Both the position numbers and the translations under genes were made by a program. From an uncultured Solirubrobacteraceae bacterium (GTDB lineage: Bacteria > Actinomycetota > Thermoleophilia > Solirubrobacterales > Solirubrobacteraceae), in NCBI GenBank assembly GCA_963821425.1, contig CAWGDS010000002.1:115775-179774 (forward strand): a stretch of DNA of 64,000 nt. The letters run 5' to 3'. Under the pieces are notes generated by a model. That model was not told the origin of the DNA and did no database searches. It was given only the letters and a program-made list of their open reading frames with translations. Shown piece after piece: positions 25,092 through 35,589 of this stretch; within the stretch, counting starts at the first letter, position 1; every line of letters begins with the position of its first letter.

Positions 25092-26105
25092 ATGGCCAGC
25101 TTCGGGGGCATCGACCTCGGCGGCACCAAGATCCAGGCGGCGATCGTCGACGACGACAGCAACGTGCTGGGCTCGGCCCGGCGCCCGACACCCACCACGG
25201 GTGGCCCCGAGGACGTGGCCCGCGAGATGGGCACCGCGCTGCGCGACGCCGCCCTGGCGGCCGAGACCGAGCCCTCCGAGCTGGCCGGGGTCGGGGTCGG
25301 CTCTCCGGGAACCGTGCGCGGCGGCGAGGTCACGAGTGCCCGCAACCTGCCGGGCTGGGAGGGCACGTTCGCCCTCGGCCCGGAGCTGGAACGGATGCTG
25401 GGCTGCCCGGTGGCGCTCGGCAACGACGTGCGGGTGGCGACGGTGGCGGAGTTCGAGCTCGGCGCGGGCCGGCTCTACAAGTCGCTGCTCGGGGTCTTCT
25501 GGGGGACCGGCGTGGGCGGCGGGCTGATCCTGGACGGGAAGCCGTGGGTGGGCCGCGGAGCGGCCGGCGAGATCGGCCACGTGGTCGTCGAGATCGATGG
25601 CGCCAAATGCACCTGCGGACGGCGGGGCTGCATGGAGGCCTACGCCGGGCGCGCGGCGATGGAAGCCCACGCCGAATATCTCCATCACGAGAAGGGGCGC
25701 CGGACCGACCTCTTCAAACTGATGCGCGAGCGCGGGCGCACGCGGGTGACCAGCGGCGTGTGGGCGAGGGCGCTCGACCACGGCGACAAGCTGGCGGTGC
25801 ACATGATCGACCGCGCCGTGCGCGCGCTGGCCGCGGGCGTTGCCTCGGTGCTCAACGTGCTCGACGTCGAAGGCGTCGTGATCGGGGGAGGCCTCGGCGT
25901 GCGGCTCGGGCACCCCTACGCGAAGCGGATCTCCGAGGAGATGCTCCCGCACCTGTTCGCCGACTACGACCCGCCGCCGGTGCACGTGGCCGCCCTCGGC
26001 GACCTCGGCGGTGCGATCGGCGCCTCGCTGCTGGTGCGCGAGCAGGGGCCCGGCGGTGCCGCGGGCGTCACCGCCGCCTCACCGGCCGCGGCCCGTGGAC
26101 GCTGA
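25092..26105 (+). CDS. ROK family glucokinase
   Basis: GIDLGGTKIQAAIVD, LGNDVRVATVAE and the zinc motif GHVVVEIDGAKCTCGRRGCMEAYAG. Confidence 0.85.
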   Translation: MASFGGIDLGGTKIQAAIVDDDSNVLGSARRPTPTTGGPEDVAREMGTALRDAALAAETEPSELAGVGVGSPGTVRGGEVTSARNLPGWEGTFALGPELERMLGCPVALGNDVRVATVAEFELGAGRLYKSLLGVFWGTGVGGGLILDGKPWVGRGAAGEIGHVVVEIDGAKCTCGRRGCMEAYAGRAAMEAHAEYLHHEKGRRTDLFKLMRERGRTRVTSGVWARALDHGDKLAVHMIDRAVRALAAGVASVLNVLDVEGVVIGGGLGVRLGHPYAKRISEEMLPHLFADYDPPPVHVAALGDLGGAIGASLLVREQGPGGAAGVTAASPAAARGR

Positions 26106-26196
26106 AGCGGCCGCGGCCCCCGGACGCTGACGCGGCCGCAGCCGCTCGAGCCTGAGCCCCCGCGCGAGCGACGGTTGCCTTCCAAGCGCGGGCTTC

Positions 26197-27072
26197 GTGC
26201 CCTCTATGTTGGACGACATGCTGTCGTTCTGGCCCTCGATCGTGCTGCTGTCGATCGTGCAGGGGACGATCGTGGCGTTGCCCGCGCCGCTGCGGGACAG
26301 CCGCCTCACACGGCTGCGCAGTGGCCGCTGGGCGGTGATCCCGCCGCTGTCGGTGGTGGGCTTCGTGTTCGTCACGCGGGCCGCGGAACACGCCAGCGCG
26401 GACGGCCTCACATACCTGGCGCTGGTGGCCGTTCCGCTGCTGGCGGCGCTCGCCCTCGGGGTGCTCGCGCGCGGCGCGAGGGGCTGGGCGGCGGTGGCCG
26501 TGATACCGCTGTTCGCGCTCGCCTGGGCCGACCGCGGAGCACTGCCCGGGCAGGCGGCGGCGCTGTGCCTGACGGCGCTCAGCTGTGTCTCGCTCGGCGT
26601 CCTGCTGGCGGCCGTGACTCCGCCGCGGTGGCTGGCAGGCGGGATCATCCTGATGGCGCTCGCCGACGCGGCGCTGGTCACCTCCGACCTGCTGCAGCAG
26701 CCCAACAACGCGCTCAACGCCGCCCACCCCGTGGCGGGCCTGCCGCAGCTGCAGAGCGCGGTGCTGGGCTCGGCGGTGATGGGCTACGGCGACCTCTTCA
26801 TCGCCGCCGCACTGGGTGGACTGCTGGCGAGCGAGCTGGGCCTGGCCGAACAGCTGCGGGGCGCGCTGCTGGTGGCGGCGCTGGCGATACTGTTCGACCT
26901 CCTGTTCCTGGCGATCGACGAGCTGCCTGCGACGGTGCCGGTGGCGCTGGCGCTGGTTCTGGTTGTGCTCAGGCGTCGGCGGAGAGGCCTGCAGCCATTG
27001 CCGGCAGCGCCGTCTGCTCGCCGGCTGCGCCCGCCACGGGCGGATCCTGTGCGGCACCCACTCGCGCCGTGA
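26197..27072 (+). CDS. Polytopic membrane protein with presenilin/SPP-like motif order
   Basis: Hydrophobic protein with ALADAALV (Asp codon 26665-26667), AVMGYGDLFIAAA (Asp codon 26791-26793) and ELPATVPVAL (26926-26934). The last ~100 nt overlap the convergent rmuC. Confidence 0.5.
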   Translation: MPSMLDDMLSFWPSIVLLSIVQGTIVALPAPLRDSRLTRLRSGRWAVIPPLSVVGFVFVTRAAEHASADGLTYLALVAVPLLAALALGVLARGARGWAAVAVIPLFALAWADRGALPGQAAALCLTALSCVSLGVLLAAVTPPRWLAGGIILMALADAALVTSDLLQQPNNALNAAHPVAGLPQLQSAVLGSAVMGYGDLFIAAALGGLLASELGLAEQLRGALLVAALAILFDLLFLAIDELPATVPVALALVLVVLRRRRRGLQPLPAAPSARRLRPPRADPVRHPLAP

Positions 27073-28205
27073 TCTTGCGGGCTCCGACCTCGATCCCGGG
27101 AGGAGCGTCCACCTCGCGCCCGGAGCCCGCCCCCGCCTGCTCGATGCGGCGTACCTGGGGCATCACGCGCTGGTCGAAGGATCCGACCGCGTCGTTGTAG
27201 GCGCCGACCGCCGAGTCCAGCTGGCGGCCGAGCTTCGAGAAGGGCTCCACGAAACGGCCCAGTCGGTGATGCAGCTCGCGCCCGCAGTCGGCGATCTCTC
27301 GAGCCGACTGCGCGATCAGCTCCTGACGCCAGCCGTAGTGGACCGCCCACAGCAGCCCGATCAGGGTCGTGGGGGTGGCCAGCAGCACCTGCTGGGAGAC
27401 CCCGTACTCGATCAGTGCGGGATCCTCCGCGAGGGCGGCCTGATAGATGCCGTCGGAGGGGATGAACATCACCACGAACTCCGGTGAGAGCTCGAGTGCC
27501 CGCTGGTAGCCCTTCGAGGCCAGTTTGGTGATGTGCTCGCGCGTCTGGCGTGCGTGGCGCAGGGCGTGGATCTCGCGCTCCTGCTCGGCGGAGGCCTCGA
27601 TCGCCGACAGGTATGCGTCGAGTGGCACCTTCGAGTCCACCACCACGACCTTGCCCCCGGGCAAGCCGCACGAGCATGTCGGGGCGCAGGTCACCGTCCT
27701 CGCCCGCGATCGTCTGCTGTGCCAGGAAGTCGCAGTGCTCGACCATCCCCGCCATCTCCACGACGTTGCGCAGCTGGAGCTCGCCCCAGGCGCCCCTGGT
27801 GGCCGGACGCCTGAGTGCGGAGGCGAGGTTGGAGGCCTCCTCCCGCAGCGTCCCCACGCCCTCGCCGAGCTGGCGGACCATCTGCGCCAGCTCGCCCTGG
27901 GCCTTCACGCGCTCGCGCTCCAGGCGCCCGATCTCGTCCTCCATCCGCACCAGCCGCTCCGCGACCGGTCCGACCACGCCCTTGATCTCCTCCGTCCGCC
28001 GCGCCATCTCGCCGGCCGCACGCTCCTCCTCGGCGCGGCGCGCGTCGGCCATCCTGCCGGCAAGCGACTCGCCCGTGCGCGACAGCACCTCCGCCGAGAC
28101 AGCGGTCAGCTCCGCGCGCATCCGCTCGCGGCTGCGCCGCAGCGCGACGGCGGCCACCGCTGCGCCCGCGAGCAGGCCGCAGATCAGCACGAGCGCGATC
28201 AGCAT
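26969..28205 (-). pseudogene. rmuC: DNA recombination protein RmuC, interrupted by a +1 frameshift
   Basis: The N-terminal TM and coiled-coil part plus RPATRGAWGELQLRNVVEMAGMVEHCDF...DGDLRPDMLVRL are in the frame of ORF 26784-28205. The text continues PGGKVVVVDSKVPLDAYL...VMFIPSDGIY...LLATPTTLIGLL in the frame of ORF 26969-27694. The span is 1237 nt (3n+1). The shift is at about 27651-27668. Confidence 0.8.
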
Positions 28206-28302
28206 CCGACCTTCGCGTCCTTGGTCCCGTGCAGCATGGACCGACCATCCTCCCAGCAGGTCCGGATGGACTCTGGAGCGCGGCGAGCCCGCTCGACCCC
28301 GC

Positions 28303-28332
28303 TTGACACGCTCTCATCCGCAGGTCTATCGT
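28303..28332 (+). promoter_or_regulatory. Candidate sigma-70-type promoter: TTGACA, 18-nt spacer, TATCGT
   Basis: TTGACA at 28303-28308 and TATCGT at 28327-28332. This is about 115 nt upstream of the SGNH hydrolase ATG, which has a strong AGGAGG Shine-Dalgarno site (28434-28439). Confidence 0.3.
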
Positions 28333-28445
28333 CAGGTCCGGACCCCCGGAATTTTTACTGGCACACAGGGGTCTACACAGAGGGATGACAACTGAGGGGG
28401 CCGTGCCTGCGGGCATGTCCCGCAAGCACTTATAGGAGGAATTAA

Positions 28446-29594
28446 ATGCAAGCCAAGAACGGCTCTGCAGCTGCCCGCCGCATGCGCGGCCGGGCGATGA
28501 CGTGTCTGCTGATGCTGGTGCTCGGCGCCTCGGCGCTGGTCTTCGCCCCGGCAGCCGCGAACGCCGAAGAAACCGCGCCGCCCCCCGCCGGGCCGATCTA
28601 CATGGCGCTCGGGGACTCGATCAGCTTCGGGTACAGCGCACAGAAATACGCCGAAAACTACCCAACCGAGTCGCCCTCGCGATTCGAAGGCGGGGTTGCC
28701 AACGACCTCACGAAGTCGCTGCGCAAGAGCGTCGGCAAGAACCTCGACCTGGTCAACCTGGCCTGCCCGGGGGAGACCTCGAACGGGCTGATCGGCGAAA
28801 ACCCGCTGCTCGGTGGAGAAGTCTCGACCGAAGCGGAAGACCCGCCGGCCCACTTCCAGGGCGCGGGTGACTGGCACCCGTGCGCCTGGCACAACGCGGA
28901 CGGCTTCCCGCTGCACGCCGGCTTCGGCAAACTCTCGCAGCTGGAAGACGCGCTCAGCATCCTCACCGAACCGAACAAAATCACCAAAAAACCCAACGAA
29001 GTCAAGGCGATCACGCTGAACATCGGCAACAACGACGTGCTCGGGTTGCTGAACCAGTGCACCTATGAAGTCACGACCGAATACGAAACCGAAGGAAAAA
29101 GCAAATACGGCTCGCCGCCCAGCCTGGCGATCCTGATCTGCTTCAAGGACCACATCGGAGCGACCATCGGACGGGTCATCGCCAACATCCGCGACACGCT
29201 GACACAGCTCGAAACCGTCTACAAAGGCCCGATCGTCCTGTTCGGCGGCTATGACCCGTTGTCGTTCGTGGACCGCGGCTTCGACCAAATCGCGGTCGGG
29301 CTCAACAAAGAACTCGAAAAAATGATCCCGTCGGAATTCCCGGACACGACGATCGCGAACCCGTTCCCGGTCTTCGACAAGGGCTACGTCGAACCGGAAT
29401 CAAACCAGGGCAAAAAGGAAGCCGAAACGCAGCAGAAGTCGATCTGCAAGTACACCGAAATGTGCAACCCGAACGTGCAGGCACCGGGCGGGACACCGAC
29501 CGGTAAGGATGGCGACATCCACCCGAGCGCAAAGGGTTACAAGGAGCTGGCCACGCTGGCCAACGAAGCGTATGAAAAAAACCCCGCCAAATGA
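28446..29594 (+). CDS. Secreted SGNH/GDSL hydrolase (lipase/esterase family)
   Basis: The signal peptide ends AAANA. Block I is YMALGDSISFGY and block III is TLNIGNNDV. A late D..H motif (GDIHPS) is present. Codon usage is A-ending for Glu and Lys. Confidence 0.8.
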   Translation: MQAKNGSAAARRMRGRAMTCLLMLVLGASALVFAPAAANAEETAPPPAGPIYMALGDSISFGYSAQKYAENYPTESPSRFEGGVANDLTKSLRKSVGKNLDLVNLACPGETSNGLIGENPLLGGEVSTEAEDPPAHFQGAGDWHPCAWHNADGFPLHAGFGKLSQLEDALSILTEPNKITKKPNEVKAITLNIGNNDVLGLLNQCTYEVTTEYETEGKSKYGSPPSLAILICFKDHIGATIGRVIANIRDTLTQLETVYKGPIVLFGGYDPLSFVDRGFDQIAVGLNKELEKMIPSEFPDTTIANPFPVFDKGYVEPESNQGKKEAETQQKSICKYTEMCNPNVQAPGGTPTGKDGDIHPSAKGYKELATLANEAYEKNPAK

Positions 29595-29645
29595 TCGGCT
29601 GATCCGGTAGCCCGCGAGGGCCTCCGAAAAGCTGAACTGGCGTAA

Positions 29646-29680
29646 AGCGGGGCGTCCGGTCATCGACCGGGCGCCCCGCT
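29646..29680. terminator. GC-rich hairpin between convergent genes (bidirectional terminator candidate)
   Basis: agcggggcgtccggt (29646-29660) pairs with accgggcgccccgct (29666-29680), with one mismatch and a 5-nt loop. No U-tract. Confidence 0.45.
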
Positions 29681-29779
29681 GCGTTCAGGAGCGGCGTGGG
29701 GACGGTGGACCGGGCGGGCGGACCGCGCGTAAACGGCCACTTCCGGCCCCCGGCGGTGGGCGGCGCCTGTGGGGGCCGC

Positions 29780-30706
29780 TCAGGCGGCCAGCGGAGCGAG
29801 CTCGTCCGGGAGGCGCCGGGCGGCCTCTTCGAGGATCCCGAGCATCGCCGGGGCGGCCGGCACGAGTCGGGCGCCGGCGGGGGCCAATGCGATCACCTCG
29901 CGGGTGGGAGGAGCCGGGGCGAGGGCGCGGATGACGATGTCCTCGCGCACCACCGACAGCGCCAGCTGGGGGATCAGGGCCACGCCCACGCCCGCCGCCA
30001 CGAGCCCCTGGACGGTCTGGTAGTCGTCGCTCTCGAAGGCCACCCGCGGGTCGAAGCCGGCGGCCAGGCAGCTGCGTACGACGTGCAGCGCGCACGGGCT
30101 CGAGCCCGAGGTCTGCACCCAGGCTTCCTCGGAGAGCTCCTCGAGGCGGATCGAGGAGTGCCGCGCGAGCCGGTGCTCGCGGGGCAGCGCGAGGTGCAGC
30201 GGGTCCGAGAGCAGCAGCGCGCGTGTCTCTCCGGGTGCCGAGAAGGTCTGCCCGGGGAACTCGAACAGCAGCGCCAGGTCCAGCTCGCCGGCTCGCAGGC
30301 GGGGGAGGATGTCCTCCGGCTCACCCTCGGCGAGCGTCAGCTCGACGTCCGGGTAGGTGGAGCGGAAGCGGGCGATCGCCAGCGGCATCAGGGTGGCGCC
30401 TGCGGTCGGGAAGGAGGCCACCCGCAGGCGGCCCCCGCGCAGGCCCGCGATTGCCGCGAGCGCCGCGTCGGCGGCCTCCAGGCGCCCGAGGATGCCCTCG
30501 GCGTGGCTGACGAGCATCTGGCCCGCCGCCGTCAGGCTGACGCCGCGTGGATGGCGCTCGAGCAGGACCATCCCGGCTTCGGCCTCGAGCGCCGCGATCT
30601 GCTGGGAGACGGCCGACTGGGTGTAGGACAGCTCCGCCGCCGCGGCCGACAGGGAGCCCCGGTAGGCGACCTCCGTGAGGATCCTCAGACGGGTCACATT
30701 AAGCAT
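29780..30706 (-). CDS. LysR family transcriptional regulator
   Basis: MLNVTRLRILTEVAYRGSLSAAAAELSYTQSAVSQQIAALE is the LysR HTH. A substrate-binding domain follows. Confidence 0.9.
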   Translation of the reverse strand: MLNVTRLRILTEVAYRGSLSAAAAELSYTQSAVSQQIAALEAEAGMVLLERHPRGVSLTAAGQMLVSHAEGILGRLEAADAALAAIAGLRGGRLRVASFPTAGATLMPLAIARFRSTYPDVELTLAEGEPEDILPRLRAGELDLALLFEFPGQTFSAPGETRALLLSDPLHLALPREHRLARHSSIRLEELSEEAWVQTSGSSPCALHVVRSCLAAGFDPRVAFESDDYQTVQGLVAAGVGVALIPQLALSVVREDIVIRALAPAPPTREVIALAPAGARLVPAAPAMLGILEEAARRLPDELAPLAA

Positions 30707-30708
30707 TA

Positions 30709-30722
30709 GCTATTCTTATAGC
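30709..30722. promoter_or_regulatory. Inverted repeat GCTAT-N4-ATAGC next to the LysR start (candidate LysR box)
   Basis: Seen at 30709-30722 in an AT-richer patch of the divergent LysR/USP intergenic region. Confidence 0.25.
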
Positions 30723-30849
30723 AGCCCTAAACACTCTTACTTGGACTGATGGCAGGAGCGTGCCACCATCAACACGAAGACCAACGGGAAACCAAGACCA
30801 CCGAGGCGCCGGGCCGTCCGGCGCCGCGCATCAAAGAAGGAGCAAAGAC

Positions 30850-31533
30850 ATGGCCAGCAAGATCATCGTTTCCTACGACGGGACCGCGAACGAGGACGAC
30901 GCACTCGCCCTCGGCGGGCTGTTCGCCCGTGCCGGCGCAGAGGTTGCCCTCGCCTACGTGCGCCACAACCAGGAGACCGTCTCCGACGCCGAGGGGAAGG
31001 AGCTGCTCGCCCGCGGAGCCAAGCTGTTCGGCGACCCCGCCGTCGAGACTTTCGTCGTCAACTCCACCTCCACCCCGGAGGGGCTGGCGGCGCTCGCCGA
31101 GGACCAGGGCGCCGAGATGATCGTGTTCTGCTCGGACTCCCACACCGCCAAAGGGCACATCGGCGTCGGCAATTCCGCGCAGCGTCTGATCGAGGGCGGC
31201 TCCACCGCGGTGGCGGTCGCGCCGGCGGACTTCGCCGAGACCAGCCGGAACCAGGCCCTCGGCACGGTCGTTGCGGTCAGCGACGGCGACGGCGGGGCCC
31301 GCGAGACCGCGGACTCGCTGGCGGCGGCGCTCGGCGCCACCGTGGCGCCGGTCGTCAACGACGACGCGGGCCTCGTGGTGCTCGACTCGCGCGCGGAAAC
31401 CGAGCCGGGCAAGGTCTCGATCAGCTCCTCGGCCGGCTACCTGGTCGACGTCGCCCGCTGCCCGGTGCTGGTGCTGGCGCGCGGCCGCGCGATCTCCTTC
31501 GGCGGGAGCTCCGCCGCTGCGCACGCCGCCTAG
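30850..31533 (+). CDS. Universal stress protein family protein
   Basis: The ATG at 30850 is preceded by AAGGAG. MASKIIVSYDGTANEDDALALG... and later VVAVSDGDGGARETADSLAAA...PVLVLARG show the USP fold pattern. Confidence 0.75.
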   Translation: MASKIIVSYDGTANEDDALALGGLFARAGAEVALAYVRHNQETVSDAEGKELLARGAKLFGDPAVETFVVNSTSTPEGLAALAEDQGAEMIVFCSDSHTAKGHIGVGNSAQRLIEGGSTAVAVAPADFAETSRNQALGTVVAVSDGDGGARETADSLAAALGATVAPVVNDDAGLVVLDSRAETEPGKVSISSSAGYLVDVARCPVLVLARGRAISFGGSSAAAHAA

Positions 31534-31560
31534 CGGCTCCCGGCGCAACCCCTACGATCG

Positions 31561-31584
31561 CCCAGCGCGGCCTCCCGCGCTGGG
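31561..31584 (+). terminator. Hairpin: 10-bp perfect stem with a 4-nt loop
   Basis: cccagcgcgg / ccgcgctggg with loop cctc, 28 nt after the USP stop. Confidence 0.4.
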
Positions 31585-31799
31585 CGCCCGGCCTCCCCGG
31601 TCTCCTCTCCCCGGGGCCGTCTAGCGCGAGCGCGAGCGCGAGGCGCGGCCGGCCCACAGGGCCCGCCCCAGCGCGACGGAGAAGTCGATCACGCCGCCCA
31701 GGAGGTGACCCAGCGGGCCCGTCCAGAGCCACGCCTCCAGGCCGCGCATCCTCGAAAAGCGAGCCCGTCTCGGCACCCGGCGCACGGTATCGTGGCGGC

Positions 31800-33239
31800 G
31801 TGGCTGTAGCCCTGAACACACGGGTCACCGAGCTGGCCGACTCGCGTGTGCGGGTCGAGGTGCAGGTGCCGCCCGACGAGATCGAGCAGCGCCTGCAGGT
31901 GACCGCGCGCCAGCTCGGACGCGACCTGAAGCTCCCCGGGTTTCGCCGGGGGAAGGTGCCCGCGCCGCTGGTGATCCAGCGCGTGGGACGCGAGGCCGTG
32001 CTCGAGGAGGCGGTCCGCGAGACGCTCTCGAGCTGGTACTCCGACGCGATCGAGAGCGCGGGAATCGTGCCCGTGGGCGACCCCAAGGTGGACCTCGGAG
32101 AGCTCCCCGGAGCGGGGCAGGCACTGAGCTTCTCGATCGAGATCGGGGTGCTGCCGAAGGCCGCCCTGGGCGAGTATCTCGGCGTCGAGGCCCCACGCCG
32201 CGAGCCGGCGGTGGACCCCGAACAGCTCGACGCGGAGCTCGAGGCCATGCGTGAGCGCCTGGCGCGCCTGCAGACGGCCGAGCGCCCGGCGGCGTTCGGC
32301 GACTTCCTCGTGATCGACTACGTCGGCCGCCTCGGGGGCGAGCAGGGGAGTGAGGGGCAGGGCGAGGCCTTCGCCGGGGGGGAGGCCCGCGACCAGCTCC
32401 TGGAGCTCGGCTCCGGCAGGCTGATCCCCGGCTTCGAGGAGGCGCTCCTCGGCGCCTCCGCCGGCGAGGTCCGCGAGGTGCCCCTGACGTTCCCGCCCGA
32501 CTACCCCAACGAGCAGCTCGCGGGCCGGCAGGCGAGCTTTGAGGTGACCGTCAAGGAGGTCAAGGCCAAGGAGCTGCCTCCGCTGGACGACGACCTCGCG
32601 CTCGACAGCGGCTTCGACGACCTCGAGCAGCTGCGGGCCGACATCTCCGAGCACCTGCTCGCGGCCGACGCGGCGACCGCCGAGGCGGAGTTCCGCCAGT
32701 CCGCGCTCGACGCGGTCGTGGCGGGCGCCCAGGTCGAGCTGCCCGCGGACCTGATCGAGGCCCGCGCCAAGGAGATGTGGGAGCGGATGCTGCACTCGCT
32801 CTCCCACCGCGGGATCACGCGGGAGGGCTACCTGCGCCTGAGCGGCAACCGCGAGGAGGAGGTGCTGGCGGAGCTGCACCCGGAGGCCGAGCTGGCGCTG
32901 CGGCGAGAGGCCGTGATCACGGCCGTGGTGGCGGCCGAGAAGATCAGTCCCGGCGACGAGGACGTGCTCGAGGCGCTGGCGGCGGCCGCCGAGCGGGAGG
33001 AGGTGGAGCCGGCGGAGCTGCTGGAGCGTCTGCGGGCCACGGGGCGCCTGGAGGAGCTGCGCGAGGAGCTGGCGGCGCGCCAGGCGATCGACCTGATCGC
33101 CGAGCGGGCCAAGCCGATCGAGCCCGAGCGGGCGCGCGCCAGGGAGCAGTTGTGGACGCCGGAGAAGGCTTCAGAGGCCGCCCCGGGGGCGGGGGAGGCC
33201 GACAAGGCCCCTGCAAGGCTGTGGACCCCCGATCGCTAG
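31800..33239 (+). CDS. tig: Trigger factor
   Basis: GTG start. The N-terminal ribosome-binding motif is PGFRRGKVP. The gene is followed by clpP-clpX, and the architecture is full length. Confidence 0.9.
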   Translation: MAVALNTRVTELADSRVRVEVQVPPDEIEQRLQVTARQLGRDLKLPGFRRGKVPAPLVIQRVGREAVLEEAVRETLSSWYSDAIESAGIVPVGDPKVDLGELPGAGQALSFSIEIGVLPKAALGEYLGVEAPRREPAVDPEQLDAELEAMRERLARLQTAERPAAFGDFLVIDYVGRLGGEQGSEGQGEAFAGGEARDQLLELGSGRLIPGFEEALLGASAGEVREVPLTFPPDYPNEQLAGRQASFEVTVKEVKAKELPPLDDDLALDSGFDDLEQLRADISEHLLAADAATAEAEFRQSALDAVVAGAQVELPADLIEARAKEMWERMLHSLSHRGITREGYLRLSGNREEEVLAELHPEAELALRREAVITAVVAAEKISPGDEDVLEALAAAAEREEVEPAELLERLRATGRLEELREELAARQAIDLIAERAKPIEPERARAREQLWTPEKASEAAPGAGEADKAPARLWTPDR

Positions 33240-33284
33240 CCTCTAGAGGAATCCGGTCGGCGAAGTGAAACAAAGGCGAGGATC

Positions 33285-33869
33285 ATGAGCCCACTTGTCC
33301 CAATGGTTGTCGAGCAGACCTCGCGCGGCGAGCGTGCGTTTGACATCTACAGCAGGCTGCTCAACGAGCGGATCGTCTTCCTCGGCACGCCCGTGGACGA
33401 CCAGATCGCGAACCTGATCGTGGCGCAGCTGCTGCACCTGGAGTCCGAGGATCCCGAAAAGGACGTGTCGGTGTACATCAACTCGCCCGGCGGCTCCGTG
33501 TACGCGGGCCTGGCGATCTACGACACGATGCAGTTCATCAAGCCCGACGTGCAGACGATCTGCGTCGGCATCGCGATGTCGATGGGGGCCCTGCTGCTGG
33601 CCGGCGGAGCGCACGGCAAGCGCATGGCGCTGCCGAACGCGAAGATCCTCATCCACCAGGTCTCCTCGAGCTTCCAGGGCCAGGCCACGGACATCGAGAT
33701 CCACGCCAAAGAGATCATCGACGTGCGCCGGCGGCTGGATGAGATCATCGCCCTGCACACCGGCAAAGACCTCGAGGATGTCCGCCGCGACACGGAGCGC
33801 GACTACTTCATGAGCTCCGAGGAAGCCAAGACCTACGGCATCATCGACCGGGTGATCTCCGAGCACTAG
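33285..33869 (+). CDS. clpP: ATP-dependent Clp protease proteolytic subunit
   Basis: [40 protein letters not shown] and ILIHQ. Confidence 0.95.
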   Translation: MSPLVPMVVEQTSRGERAFDIYSRLLNERIVFLGTPVDDQIANLIVAQLLHLESEDPEKDVSVYINSPGGSVYAGLAIYDTMQFIKPDVQTICVGIAMSMGALLLAGGAHGKRMALPNAKILIHQVSSSFQGQATDIEIHAKEIIDVRRRLDEIIALHTGKDLEDVRRDTERDYFMSSEEAKTYGIIDRVISEH

Positions 33870-33914
33870 CTCAGAGGACCAGGGCAGCACCGACGGGGAG
33901 ACCGAGAGCGGGAA

Positions 33915-35195
<1,281 letters not shown>

Positions 35196-35264
35196 GTGGC
35201 TGATTGCACGGCCATCTGGATGGCTGGGCCCGTCAGCTAGCCGCCGGGCGCTAGCATCGCCGCC

Positions 35265-35573
35265 ATGGCAGGGTCCTCCAGCAGAGCTTCGAAGGCCGGC
35301 GAGCTGCTCGAGTCGCTGCCCCTGGCAGAGATGCTGCAGGGGACGATCGCGGCCGCCAGCCGCTGGATCCGGCTCTCGGGCAAGGAGCGGGCGCGGTTGC
35401 TGGACCTCCTGGTCGAGTCCAAAGGAGTCCTCACGAGGCTCAGCCCCAAGGAGCGCAAGGAGCTCCGCCGGCTGCTCGGCAAACTCGATCTGGGTGGGCT
35501 CTCGCGCGAGCTGTCGGGGCTCGCCAGGGACTGGCGCAAGCGCGGCGGACGCGGCTTGCGTCGCTCGCGGTGA
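35265..35573 (+). CDS. Hypothetical small basic protein
   Basis: 102-aa ORF with no recognised motif. It fits the gap between clpX and folC. Confidence 0.3.
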   Translation: MAGSSSRASKAGELLESLPLAEMLQGTIAAASRWIRLSGKERARLLDLLVESKGVLTRLSPKERKELRRLLGKLDLGGLSRELSGLARDWRKRGGRGLRRSR

Positions 35574-35589
35574 GCTCCCCCGCGGGGCA

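Noticed and set aside
23150-26155. 1001-aa + strand ORF and 725-aa minus-strand ORF (23808-25985) over the hydrolase/glucokinase region
   Set aside because: These are alternative frames of well-supported genes with extremely Arg/Gly/Pro-rich translations. They are GC-driven open frames, not genes.
31621-31749. Small minus-strand ORF (MRGLEAWLWTGPLGHLLGG...RSRSR) between USP and tig
   Set aside because: It is short, has no SD or motif, and ends in a gcgcga repeat-derived RSRSR tail. The evidence is insufficient.
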